From Thermoanaerobaculia bacterium (GTDB lineage Bacteria > Acidobacteriota > Thermoanaerobaculia > UBA5066): a stretch of 64,000 bases of DNA. The stretch spans positions 160,001 through 224,000 of the forward strand of contig JBBRRY010000001.1 of the NCBI GenBank assembly GCA_038245905.1, read 5' to 3'. Position 1 is the first letter of the stretch, and each line of letters opens with the position of its first letter. The translations under genes and the position numbers were made by a program. Shown here in pieces: positions 48,682-58,242 of this stretch. The notes below the pieces were generated by a model, which was not told where the DNA came from, made no database searches, and saw nothing but the letters and a program-made list of their open reading frames with translations.

Positions 48682-49704
48682 ATGCGAGATCCGGCCGAAA
48701 CGAAGCCTCTGGTGCGCGCCGGCGACCTGCGCTCTCCCGCCCTCGCCTCGCTCGGCCTCGAGCTCGTCGTCGGGCACAAAGGGCTCGAGCGGCCCGTCGA
48801 CTGGCCACGCGTGCAGAAGCCCGGCCTCGCCATCGCGGGCTTCATGGACTACGTGAAGCCGAATCGCGTCCAGATCCTCGGAAAGAGCGAGTTCGACTTC
48901 CTGAGGACGCTGTCTCCGAGCGTGGCCAAGGAACGCCTCGACGCCTTCACCCAGCTGCCTCTGGCCTGCGTCGTCGTCACGAAGGGAATCGAACCAGGCT
49001 CGGTGCTGACGAACATGTGCCGCCGACGAGGCATCCCGCTCTTCACGACCTCGCGTATGACGAGCGTCGTCATCGAGGGGCTCACCGCGTTTCTCGAGGA
49101 ATCGCTCGCACCGCGCGCGACCCTTCACGGCGTCCTCCTCGAGGTCGGCGGCCTCGGCACCCTCCTGCTCGGCGATTCCGGCGTCGGAAAGAGCGAATGC
49201 GCTCTCTCCCTCGTCCAGCGCGGGCACCGGCTCGTCGCGGACGACCTCGTCGTCGTGCAGCGCTTTCCGAACGACGTCCTCATCGGGTCCTCGTCCGGAC
49301 TCATTCGACATCATATGGAGCTGCGCGGCCTCGGAATCGTGAACGTCCCGATGCTCTTCGGGGTCGCCGCCGTCCTCGAACGTCACACGGTCGAGTTCGT
49401 CATCCAGCTGACCGACTGGGACGCGCAGCAGACGGTCGACCGCCTTGGGCTCGACGAGGAATTCGAAGACATCCTCGGTGTTGCCGTGCCGCGCGTGCGG
49501 ATGCCGGTTGCGACCGGCCGCGACGTCGCCCTGCTCGTCGAGATCGCCGCGCGCAACCAGCTCCTGAAGAGGCGCGGATTCAACGCGGCGCGCGAGATCG
49601 CGGCGAAGGTCCATGACGAGATCGCCCGGAAGGCGGCACTCGATCGATTCACGATCGGGCGGCGGGCCCGACGCAAGCTCAACGCCCGCGAGAGGGCGCG
49701 GTGA
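48682..49704 (+). CDS. hprK: HPr kinase/phosphorylase
   Basis: LHGV, GDSGVGKSE, LVADD, ELRGLGI. Confidence 0.96.
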   Translation: MRDPAETKPLVRAGDLRSPALASLGLELVVGHKGLERPVDWPRVQKPGLAIAGFMDYVKPNRVQILGKSEFDFLRTLSPSVAKERLDAFTQLPLACVVVTKGIEPGSVLTNMCRRRGIPLFTTSRMTSVVIEGLTAFLEESLAPRATLHGVLLEVGGLGTLLLGDSGVGKSECALSLVQRGHRLVADDLVVVQRFPNDVLIGSSSGLIRHHMELRGLGIVNVPMLFGVAAVLERHTVEFVIQLTDWDAQQTVDRLGLDEEFEDILGVAVPRVRMPVATGRDVALLVEIAARNQLLKRRGFNAAREIAAKVHDEIARKAALDRFTIGRRARRKLNARERAR

Positions 49705-50570
49705 CGGGGGACGGCACGCGCCTCGTCGTCGCCACAGGACTGTCCGGCTCCGGAAAGTCCTATGTCGCCCACGCGCTCGAGGACATCGGCTTCACGACGG
49801 TCGACAACCTGCCTCTCTCCCTCCTTGAGGAGTTCGCCGGCGAGGTGGCCGCGGGCCGGATGCCGCGCCGGAGGAACGCCGTCGTGCTCGACGTCCGCAA
49901 TCCCGACTTCGCCGAGCACTTTCCGGGTCTTCTCGACAAGCTTCGCCAGCGGCTTCCCATTACGGTCGTCTTCCTCGATTGCGAAGACCGGGAGCTCCTG
50001 AACAGGTTTTCGGCGACACGGAGGCCGCATCCGCTCGCGGACGGGCGTTCTCTCGGCGAGGCTGTCGCGTTCGAGAGGCGGCTCCTGGCCGAGGTGAAGG
50101 AGAAGGCCGATCTCGTGATCGACACGACGGCGATGACGGTCCACGAGCTGCGGGCCGCCGTCGCGCAGAGCTTCCGGGAGCCGGGAGACCCGGGCGTCCT
50201 CGCGGTCTCGCTGATCTCTTTCGGGTTCAAGCACGGGCATCCTTCCGCGCTCGACCTCTGCTTCGATGTCAGGTTTCTCGCGAATCCGCACTTTGACGCG
50301 CGCCTCAGGGCCCGGACGGGACGCGATCCTGAGGTGGCGCGGTTCATCGAGGCTGGGGACCAGACCGAGCCTTTCTATACCCGCCTGAGGGATTTCCTCG
50401 CATTCTGTCTTCCGAACTACCGGCGCGAGAACCGCGCGTACCTCACGATCGGCATCGGATGCACGGGAGGCCGGCACCGGTCCGTGTACGTCGCCGAGCG
50501 CCTCGCGCGCGACTTCGCGACCATGGGCTATCCGGTGCGCGTCTCGCACCGGGACGAGGCGCTCGACTGA
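49701..50570 (+). CDS. rapZ: RNase adapter RapZ
   Basis: GLSGSGKS, DNLP, TRRPHP, SFGFKHG, GCTGGRHRSV. Confidence 0.96.
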   Translation: MTGDGTRLVVATGLSGSGKSYVAHALEDIGFTTVDNLPLSLLEEFAGEVAAGRMPRRRNAVVLDVRNPDFAEHFPGLLDKLRQRLPITVVFLDCEDRELLNRFSATRRPHPLADGRSLGEAVAFERRLLAEVKEKADLVIDTTAMTVHELRAAVAQSFREPGDPGVLAVSLISFGFKHGHPSALDLCFDVRFLANPHFDARLRARTGRDPEVARFIEAGDQTEPFYTRLRDFLAFCLPNYRRENRAYLTIGIGCTGGRHRSVYVAERLARDFATMGYPVRVSHRDEALD

Positions 50571-50572
50571 AT

Positions 50573-51019
50573 ATGACGACGTCCACCGGTCCCTTCGTGG
50601 GTCTCCTCCTCTTGTCGCACGGGCCTCTCGCGAACGCGATGCGCGAGACCGTCCATATGCTCGAGCCCGACGAGCCCGATGACCTCGGCGCCCTGTCGCT
50701 CGCGTGGGACGAGTCTCCCGAGGCCGCGAGCCGACGGCTCGAGAGGGCGATTTCCGAGGTGAACCGCGGGAAGGGCGTTGTGCTCCTGACCGACATGTTC
50801 GGGGGCACTCCGTCGAACCTCGCGCTCGCGTTCCTCGAGCCGGGGACGATCGAGATCGTTTCGGGCATCAACCTTCCGATGGTCGTGAAGGCGCGCTCCC
50901 TCGCGCGAGAGGGCAGGAGCCCTCGCGCCATCGCCCACACGCTCGTGGAGCGAGGGCGCCGGGCGATCGTGGCGGCGGCCGAGCTCGTCGACGGCCCTCC
51001 GGGGAGCCCTCGGCGATGA
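50573..51019 (+). CDS. PTS EIIA, mannose/fructose family
   Basis: LSHG, LTDMFGGTPSN, GINLPM. Confidence 0.93.
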   Translation: MTTSTGPFVGLLLLSHGPLANAMRETVHMLEPDEPDDLGALSLAWDESPEAASRRLERAISEVNRGKGVVLLTDMFGGTPSNLALAFLEPGTIEIVSGINLPMVVKARSLAREGRSPRAIAHTLVERGRRAIVAAAELVDGPPGSPRR

Positions 51020-51285
51020 AGGAGCAGACCCTCACGCTCAAGAACCGTCTCGGCCTGCACGCGCGCGCCGCCGCGAAGCTCGTGCACACGGCATCCTCGT
51101 TCGACGCGAAGATCACGCTTGCGCGCGACGGCGACGAAGTGGACGGCAAGAGCATCCTGGGCCTCCTGCTGCTGGCGGCGGGGAAGGGCACGCCGCTCGT
51201 CGTGCGCGCCGAGGGGAGCGACGAAGAGCAAGCGCTCGCCGCCCTCCAAGACCTCGTGGATCGCAAGTTCGACGAGGCCGACTGA
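51016..51285 (+). CDS. ptsH: phosphocarrier HPr
   Basis: GLHARAAA (His15), GKSILG (Ser46). Confidence 0.95.
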   Translation: MKEQTLTLKNRLGLHARAAAKLVHTASSFDAKITLARDGDEVDGKSILGLLLLAAGKGTPLVVRAEGSDEEQALAALQDLVDRKFDEAD

Positions 51286-51305
51286 GCCGCGGTTAAGATA
51301 TCCGG

Positions 51306-53084
51306 GTGAAGCGCCCCCTTTCGCTCACCGGCATTCCCGTTTCCCCCGGCGTCGCCGTCGGCCGGGCGGTCCTGTGGGTCTCGCGGGAAGGCTCCTCGCC
51401 GAAGCGAACGCTCGAGCCCGAGGAGATCGAATCCGAGATCGAGCGGTTCCGCCGGGCCTCGGAAGCCGCGGCCGAAGAGATCGAGTCGACGGCCCGCCAC
51501 GTGAAAGAGCGTCTCGGCTCGGAATACGCGGGAATCTTCCACGCGCACGCCCTTTTTCTGAAAGACCGGACTTTTCTCGGCCCGATCGAGCGGCGAATCG
51601 CGCATGAAAAGGTCAACGCCGAGTGGGCCGTTTCGGAGACAAGCGCCGACCTCATGGCGCGTTTCCGGAGCCTGCCGGACGAGGACTTCGCGAACCGTGC
51701 CGTCGACATCGACGATGTCGCTCGCGCGCTGAAAAGGCACCTCGGGGGCGATGAGAATTCGCGCCTTCGGATGGAGGACCTCGTGGGCGAGGCGATCGTC
51801 CTCGTGGCGGACGAGCTCACGCCCTCCGACGCCGTGCGCATTCCTCGCGACCGGGTCGTGGGGTTCGTGACCGAGCGGGGCGGGCGCACGTCCCATGCGG
51901 CGATCCTCGCGCGCTCCTTCGGCATTCCCGCCGTGGTCGGGATCCCGCAACTCCTCGCCGAGGTCGGAGAGGGCGATCGGGTCGTGGTGGACGGCCGCGA
52001 CGGAATCATGTGGCGGGAGCCGTCCGAGGACGTCATCGCATTCTTCCGGGAACGGCGCGATCAGGAAGCGCGCCACGAGCGGTCGCTCAAGGAGCGCAGC
52101 CACGGCGGAGTCACCCGCACGCGCGACGGCGCCGAAGTGATCGTGCGAGCGAACATCGAGCTCGCGAGCGAAATCGGCGACGTCCTGGAATACGGCGCGG
52201 ACGGTGTCGGTCTGTTCCGGTCGGAGTTCCTGTATCTCTCGAAGGAGGGGATTGAGTTCCCGTCAGAGGAGGAGCAGGCGGCCGCCTACCGCGAGGTCAT
52301 CCAGCGGCTCGCGCCGCGCCCGGTCGTGATCCGCACGTACGACCTCGGCGGGAAGAAGGGGGCCCGTCACCTGATCGGCTCCGACGAGTCGAACCCCGTC
52401 CTGGGTCTTCGGGGCGTGAGGCTCTGCTTCGCCCGGCCGGAGATGTTTTCGACGCAGCTGCGCGCGCTGCTCGCCGCCGCAGCGGGGGGCAACCTCCGCA
52501 TCCTCGTCCCGATGGTCTCGGGAGTCGAAGAGATCCGACGGGTGCGGATTCTCCTCAAGAAAGCGCGCGAAGACGTCCTCGAGCGGGGAATGCCGGTGCC
52601 TGACGACATCCCTCTCGGCGCCATGATTGAAGTTCCATCGGCGGCAATGACCGCGGACTTGCTCGCGCCCGAGGTCGATTTTCTCGCTCTCGGGACGAAC
52701 GACCTCATCCAGTACACCCTCGCCGTCGATCGCGCGAACGAAACCGTCGCGGATCTCTTCCGGCCGACACACCCAGCGGTGCTTCGCCTCGTCGCGCGCG
52801 TCGCCGAAGCCGCCCGCAACGCGAAAAAGCCCCTCTCCGTATGCGGCGAGATGGCCGCGGACCCCGCTCTCGTCGTCTTGTTCCTCGGGCTCGGAATCCG
52901 GGAGTTCTCGATGGGGCCGCGCACGGTCCCCGTGGTGAAGGAGTTCCTGCGCGGCATCTCGATCCTGGAGGCCGAGCGTGTCGCGCGTGCAGCGTTCTCG
53001 CTCTCCACCGCCGACGAGGTCTCGTCGTTCCTCGCGCAGGAGCTGCGCGATCTCGCGAGAAACGGCGCCGAGGTGCGCGCATGA
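51306..53084 (+). CDS. ptsI: PEP-protein phosphotransferase (enzyme I, no GAF domain)
   Basis: GGRTSHAAI, GVGLFRSE, NPVLGLRG, GTNDLIQY, CGEMA. Confidence 0.95.
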   Translation: MKRPLSLTGIPVSPGVAVGRAVLWVSREGSSPKRTLEPEEIESEIERFRRASEAAAEEIESTARHVKERLGSEYAGIFHAHALFLKDRTFLGPIERRIAHEKVNAEWAVSETSADLMARFRSLPDEDFANRAVDIDDVARALKRHLGGDENSRLRMEDLVGEAIVLVADELTPSDAVRIPRDRVVGFVTERGGRTSHAAILARSFGIPAVVGIPQLLAEVGEGDRVVVDGRDGIMWREPSEDVIAFFRERRDQEARHERSLKERSHGGVTRTRDGAEVIVRANIELASEIGDVLEYGADGVGLFRSEFLYLSKEGIEFPSEEEQAAAYREVIQRLAPRPVVIRTYDLGGKKGARHLIGSDESNPVLGLRGVRLCFARPEMFSTQLRALLAAAAGGNLRILVPMVSGVEEIRRVRILLKKAREDVLERGMPVPDDIPLGAMIEVPSAAMTADLLAPEVDFLALGTNDLIQYTLAVDRANETVADLFRPTHPAVLRLVARVAEAARNAKKPLSVCGEMAADPALVVLFLGLGIREFSMGPRTVPVVKEFLRGISILEAERVARAAFSLSTADEVSSFLAQELRDLARNGAEVRA

Positions 53085-53464
53085 GCGAACAACTCACCGC
53101 CCGCCGTCCGCGCGTCGTACCAAAGCCCTGGGGCGAGGAGCGGATCTTCGCGGAAACCAGGCGTTACGCCGGGAAATTGATCCTGATCCGCGCGGGCGAA
53201 TCGCTCTCGTTCCAGTATCACAACCGCAAGGAAGAGACGATCCATGTGCTCGAGGGAACGCTCGGGCTCGAGGTCGAGAGAGAAGGCGAAAGGGCGGACC
53301 TTCGTCTGGCCCCGGGAGAGAACTTTCACGTGTCGCCGGGCACGCGCCACCGGATGTATGCGGAAGGCGCCGATTGCCTCCTGGTTGAAGTCTCGACGCC
53401 GGAACTCGACGACGTCGTCCGGCTCTCCGACCGCTACGGGCGGGAAGGGACCTCCAAGCCATGA
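53081..53464 (+). CDS. cupin domain protein (mannose-6-phosphate isomerase type II-like)
   Basis: KPWG, LSFQYH..KEE, HR, EVSTPELDDVVRL. Confidence 0.88.
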   Translation: MSEQLTARRPRVVPKPWGEERIFAETRRYAGKLILIRAGESLSFQYHNRKEETIHVLEGTLGLEVEREGERADLRLAPGENFHVSPGTRHRMYAEGADCLLVEVSTPELDDVVRLSDRYGREGTSKP

Positions 53465-54195
53465 AGATCCAGATCGCAGCCTCTCTCCTCGCCCTCGCCG
53501 CTCTTGCCGTGCTCGCCGGTCCTCGGGAGGGGAACGCGCAAGAGCCCGCACTGTCAGGCCTGACCGTTGAACCGACTCCGGCGTCAGCAACCTCGCTCAC
53601 GCCCTCGCCAAGCCCGGCTCCCTCCACCCTATCCGGAGGAAAAGCCCAGATTCCGGGCGCCGGACGCGGCAGTTCCCTCGCGGACGTCGTCAAGCTGTCG
53701 AAGGAAAATCGCAAGGATAGGGATCAGCCCCCGAAGAAATCCCTTGGAACGATTACGAACGACACTCTTCGGAAGGGCGCAACGCCGAAACCCACCGCAG
53801 CCGCAGCAAAAGGGACACCCGTCAAGACGGTGCCGGGCAAGGTCGCGCGGGGTGCGGCCTTGCCGACTCCCACGCCGGGCGCTCCCGAAGTCGCCCGCGA
53901 CGACAAGGGCCGGAGCGAGGACGACTGGAAGGCTCTCGTCGGCCAACAGAGGGCCCTCGTCACAGATGGGGAGGCCCGCGTACGCGACCTCGAAACTCGG
54001 ACGAAGCAGCTCGAGAACGACTTCTACGCGATGAGCGACGGGAACCGCCGGGATGCGGTCGTCAAGCCCGCCTGGGACCGCGCCCGCGAGGAGCTCACGA
54101 AGGCCCGGCAGGAGCTCGAAGACGCGAGGCGGACCGTCGACGGGCTTTCCGAGGACGCCCGCAAGTCGAACACGCCGCCCGGTTGGCTGCGGTAG
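53461..54195 (+). CDS. secreted hypothetical protein with C-terminal coiled coil
   Basis: Signal peptide, P/T/A linker, heptad repeats, ends PPGWLR. Confidence 0.75.
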   Translation: MKIQIAASLLALAALAVLAGPREGNAQEPALSGLTVEPTPASATSLTPSPSPAPSTLSGGKAQIPGAGRGSSLADVVKLSKENRKDRDQPPKKSLGTITNDTLRKGATPKPTAAAAKGTPVKTVPGKVARGAALPTPTPGAPEVARDDKGRSEDDWKALVGQQRALVTDGEARVRDLETRTKQLENDFYAMSDGNRRDAVVKPAWDRAREELTKARQELEDARRTVDGLSEDARKSNTPPGWLR

Positions 54196-54225
54196 CCGCC
54201 CGGACGGCCCTGCTAAGCTCGCGCG

Positions 54226-55668
54226 GTGAGAGAGCCCGCGCTTCCCCGCAAGGCCCGCAGCGTCTTCGTCGAGACGTGGGGCTGTCAGATGAATGTGCTC
54301 GATGGGCGGCGATTCATAGGGCTTCTGGAGCGAGAGGGGATCGTCGAGGCCGGGACGCCGGAGGAAGCCGACGTTGTTCTGCTCAACACATGCTCGGTGC
54401 GCGACAAGGCTGAGCAGAAGGTCTACGACCGGATCGGACGACTCGCGAAACTGAAGCGTGAACGCGCGGGGATGGTCATCGGGGTTTGTGGCTGCGTGGC
54501 GCAGCAAGAAGGGGAGGACCTCCTGGAGCGCCTCCCACAAGTGGATTTCATCCTCGGGACCGGGCGCATCGAGGCTCTCCCGTCGGTGCTGCGGCGGGTC
54601 GACGAAGAAGGCGACCGACCCTGCGAGACGGGATTCGACCTGGATGAAGTCGTCTATACGCCCGGCGCCGTCGCTCACGCGGTTCCGCACCGTGCCGGGA
54701 TCACGGTGATCGAGGGCTGCAACAAGAACTGCACGTTCTGCGTCGTTCCGAGAACGCGCGGGCGCGAGCGCAATCGCCGCCTGCGTGACGTCGTGGACGA
54801 GGCGCGTTCCCTGGTAGAGGCCGGTGCCCTCGAAATCGAGCTCCTGGGGCAGACCGTGAACGCCTTCCGCGACCCAGAAACGGGCGAGGATCTCGCGGAC
54901 CTCCTGCGCGCCGTCGGCGCCCTGGCAGGAATCCGGCGCCTACGCTTCGTCACGTCCCATCCCGCTAGTTTCTCGGACCGGCTCATCGCCGCGATGAGCG
55001 AGACGCCGGCAGTCGTTCCCGCGCTCCACCTGCCCGTGCAGTCAGGCTCCGACACGGTCCTTCGGCGCATGAAACGTCAGTACACCCGGGCGGAGTACCT
55101 CGACCTCGTCGCGCGGCTCCGCGCCGCAGTTCCAGGCCTCGCACTCTCGACCGACGTCATCGTGGGGTTCCCGGGTGAGACGGAGACTGATTTCCTGGAG
55201 ACGCTTTCGCTCTTTGAAGAGGTCCGGTTTGCCGGCGTCTTCTCCTTCACGTATTCGCCGCGCCCACAGACGGCGGCGCTCAGGTGGGAGCACGACGTCA
55301 CACCGCAGGAAGCATCCGCTCGCCTGGTGCGGCTCGAGGCGCTGCAGCAGGGAGTCCAGAGGGGCCTGAACCGCGCACTTGAGGGGAGCACCCTGGAGGT
55401 GCTCGTCGAAGGCCTCGACCGCAAGCGGCGCAACTGCTCGGGCCGATCGCGCTGTGGACGCGTCGTGAACATCGCTGGCGAGCTGAACCTCGCGCCCGGC
55501 ACGCTCGTGGACGTCCGGATCGAGCGAGGATTTCCGAATTCTCTGCTCGGACGAAGACAGGAAAAGACCCGGGAAAGCGCCCAGGAAAAGATCGAAGAGG
55601 AGATTTCTTCGAAAGTGATTGGGGGCGGAGTCACGGGTGCGACGCAAGTGCTCGACTTGCTCTTGTGA
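54226..55668 (+). CDS. miaB: tRNA-2-methylthio-N6-dimethylallyladenosine synthase
   Basis: TWGCQMN, NTCSVR, CNKNCTFC, LPVQSG, TRAM domain. Confidence 0.96.
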   Translation: MREPALPRKARSVFVETWGCQMNVLDGRRFIGLLEREGIVEAGTPEEADVVLLNTCSVRDKAEQKVYDRIGRLAKLKRERAGMVIGVCGCVAQQEGEDLLERLPQVDFILGTGRIEALPSVLRRVDEEGDRPCETGFDLDEVVYTPGAVAHAVPHRAGITVIEGCNKNCTFCVVPRTRGRERNRRLRDVVDEARSLVEAGALEIELLGQTVNAFRDPETGEDLADLLRAVGALAGIRRLRFVTSHPASFSDRLIAAMSETPAVVPALHLPVQSGSDTVLRRMKRQYTRAEYLDLVARLRAAVPGLALSTDVIVGFPGETETDFLETLSLFEEVRFAGVFSFTYSPRPQTAALRWEHDVTPQEASARLVRLEALQQGVQRGLNRALEGSTLEVLVEGLDRKRRNCSGRSRCGRVVNIAGELNLAPGTLVDVRIERGFPNSLLGRRQEKTRESAQEKIEEEISSKVIGGGVTGATQVLDLLL

Positions 55669-55788
55669 ATTCTTTCCTAACTCATTCTAAGAAAATAAGT
55701 TAGATGCAGAAACGTTGCTGCTCGTTTGCGGGCTGACCTTGCTTTATCCCTTATCTCTCCCTAGATTGAGTCCGGGAGAACCCCCATT

Positions 55789-56274
55789 TTGAGCGTCCGG
55801 ATGGAAGTGAAGGCACTGATTGTGGATCCAATAGCGAACATGCCTGTCGTGATCCTGCGCGACGCGGAGGAGAAGAACTTCCTGCCGATCTGGGTCGGCG
55901 TCTTCGAAGCAAATGCGATCGCCCTCCAGATGGAAGGCATTACGACCCCCAGGCCGATGACGCACGATCTTCTGAAGAACCTCATCACACAGATAGAGGG
56001 CGACGTCCTCAGGGTCGTCATCAACAACCTCAAGGAAAATACGTTCTACGCCCAGATCCATCTTCGTGTCGCGAACCGAGACGTGCTCGTGGACAGCCGT
56101 CCCTCGGACGCGATCGCACTCGCGCTCCGGCTCGCCGCTCCCGTGTTCGTAGAAGAATCGGTTCTCGAAAAAAGCCGTAGCGGGCAAGACACCTCGGAGT
56201 CCCAGAATTCCGAGCGCCTCCGGAAGTGGTTCGAGGAAGCCGATCCGGACACGCTCGGCAAGTACCGGATGTAG
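55789..56274 (+). CDS. bifunctional nuclease family protein (DUF151)
   Basis: LPIWVG..EANAI, RPMTHDL, DSRPSDAIALA. Confidence 0.94.
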   Translation: MSVRMEVKALIVDPIANMPVVILRDAEEKNFLPIWVGVFEANAIALQMEGITTPRPMTHDLLKNLITQIEGDVLRVVINNLKENTFYAQIHLRVANRDVLVDSRPSDAIALALRLAAPVFVEESVLEKSRSGQDTSESQNSERLRKWFEEADPDTLGKYRM

Positions 56275-56346
56275 TTTTCGGAGCCGGGGAGCGAATTCGT
56301 CCTTGATGCGCTCTCGGACCCTCCGTATCATCTGCGGCTCGAGCGC

Positions 56347-57108
56347 ATGATCATCACAGTTGCGAACCAGAAAGGCGGCGTGGGAAAGACCACGACGGCG
56401 ATTAACCTCGCTGCCGCACTTGCCCAGAAGGGCCTTCGCACGCTCCTCGTCGATCTGGACCCGCAGGGGAATTCCACCATGTCCTTCCTCGACCGCAAGG
56501 ACGTGGAGAAGTCGATGTACGACGTCCTGACGGATTCGAACGTCTCGGTCTTCGACATCGTCAAGCCCACTAAGGTACCGAAGCTCACCGTCGCCCCGGC
56601 CCGCATCTCGCTCGCGAAGGTCGAGTCCAAGCTCCTCGGGGAAATCGACGGTCACTTCAGGCTGAAGGACAAGTTCCAGGTCGTGCGGGAGTCAGGGGAG
56701 TACGACGCCATCCTCATCGACACGCCACCCACTCTCGGCATGATCACGGTAAATGCGCTCGTCGCGTCCACGCACATTCTGATTCCAATCCAGTCGTCCT
56801 ACTTCGCCCTGGAGGGCACCGACGACCTGCTCGAGACGATCGAAAAAATCAAGAGCCGTCCGAACCCGAATCTCCAGATCCTCGGGGTCGTCATCACGCT
56901 TCACGACAAGCGCACGACGCTTGGAAGAGACATCCAGGGCCAGATCGACCAGGTCTTCAAAGGGAAGCTTTTCAAGACGACGATTTCGAAATCCATCCGC
57001 CTCGAGGAATCGCCCGCTTACCGAGAATCCATTTTCACTTTCGCTCCGCGTTCGTCAGGCGCGCTCGAGTATTACAGCCTGACTGAGGAGATTCTTTCCC
57101 GTGTCTAA
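56347..57108 (+). CDS. parA: ParA/Soj family ATPase
   Basis: NQKGGVGKTTT, DLDPQGN, IDTPP, RLEESP. Confidence 0.94.
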   Translation: MIITVANQKGGVGKTTTAINLAAALAQKGLRTLLVDLDPQGNSTMSFLDRKDVEKSMYDVLTDSNVSVFDIVKPTKVPKLTVAPARISLAKVESKLLGEIDGHFRLKDKFQVVRESGEYDAILIDTPPTLGMITVNALVASTHILIPIQSSYFALEGTDDLLETIEKIKSRPNPNLQILGVVITLHDKRTTLGRDIQGQIDQVFKGKLFKTTISKSIRLEESPAYRESIFTFAPRSSGALEYYSLTEEILSRV

Positions 57109-58009
57109 GCGTCGCGGTCTCCCCGAATCCTCTCGCATGCGCCACGACTCTCACTTCGTCGATCAGCTCGTCCGCGCGGACGAACTTCCCGTCGGTCGCC
57201 GAATCGCCATTCACCTCATCGAGGCGAATCCCGATCAACCCCGAAGCGTGATGGGAGATCTGGCAGAGCTCACGAAGTCAATCGTCGACAAGGGCGTCCT
57301 CGAGCCGATCCTGGTCCGCCCACGCGGCGACGGTCGCTTCACGATCATCTCCGGCGAGCGCCGGTTCCGGGCTTCGCTGGAAGCGGGACTTGCCGAGGTT
57401 CCCTGCATCGAGATGGACGTCCCTGACAACGAGCTCCTCGAGATCGCGCTCGTCGAGAATCTTCAACGCAGGGATCTCAGTCCGTTTGAAGAGGCCGAGG
57501 GCTATCGGGCACTCAAGGAACGCCATGGATATACGCACGAGCAGATTGCGGATGCCGTGGGGAAGTCGCGCGTCACGGTCACCGAGGCGCTGTCGATCGC
57601 GAGGCTTCCTGATCGCGTCCAGGCCGAATGTCGGCGCGCCGACATCGGCTCGCGTTCCTTCCTCCTGGAGCTAGGCCGCCTTAAGGATGAGGACCTCATG
57701 CTTGCCGCCGTCGCTGCGATGACGAGCGGTGACTCCATGAGCCGCGACGTTCTCCGTGAGGCAAAGAGGGACACGCGGCGAGGAGCTGTTTCGAAGAAGC
57801 TCGGAGGCCTCAAGAAAGCCTATTCACTGGACTTCACTCCTGAAGATCGGAACTACAGAGTCAGCCTCGTACTCAAGGGACGGCTCCACAAGAAGGACGA
57901 GATTCTCGAGGCGATCAGGGACCTCGCGCGCCGAATCGAGGCAGGGGACATCGATCTCGAGACGCAGGGGAAATTCGTCAGGACAAAGGCAAAGAAGAAG
58001 ACCTCATAG
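57101..58009 (+). CDS. parB: ParB/Spo0J family protein
   Basis: NPDQPR, GVLEPILV, GERRFRA, ALVENLQR, HTH THEQIADAVGKSR. Confidence 0.93.
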   Translation: MSKRRGLPESSRMRHDSHFVDQLVRADELPVGRRIAIHLIEANPDQPRSVMGDLAELTKSIVDKGVLEPILVRPRGDGRFTIISGERRFRASLEAGLAEVPCIEMDVPDNELLEIALVENLQRRDLSPFEEAEGYRALKERHGYTHEQIADAVGKSRVTVTEALSIARLPDRVQAECRRADIGSRSFLLELGRLKDEDLMLAAVAAMTSGDSMSRDVLREAKRDTRRGAVSKKLGGLKKAYSLDFTPEDRNYRVSLVLKGRLHKKDEILEAIRDLARRIEAGDIDLETQGKFVRTKAKKKTS

Positions 58010-58170
58010 GAAGACAGAACAGAGGCACCAGGCCAGCTCGCCGCCCGCCGCGCCCTCTCAGTCAAATCGCCGTGCGCTTTCATTAACGCCTTCAAATTCC
58101 CTTTCTAAGAAAACCCCTAATGCCCTTTTCCTTCCGCGCGCCTAATGATTTCATGTCTTGTAATTCTGAT

Positions 58171-58198
58171 ATTTAACATAATAAATCTTATCGGACCT
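58171..58198 (-). other. dif: dif site (XerC/XerD chromosome dimer resolution site)
   Basis: Minus strand AGGTCCGATAA-GATTTA-TTATGTTAAAT: exact E. coli XerD arm, 6-bp spacer, XerC-like arm; intergenic. Confidence 0.92.
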
Positions 58199-58242
58199 TG
58201 TGTTCTGGCCTCGGAATGAGAGCGCTTCGGCTACGATCTGCC

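Noticed and set aside
53322-53336. parS-like TTTCACGTG
   Set aside because: Only a partial match inside a CDS; the right arm is missing.
58010-58200. oriC next to parAB
   Set aside because: No DnaA boxes (TTATCCACA) seen and no dnaA/dnaN/rsmG; the AT-rich part is explained by dif and a motif copy.
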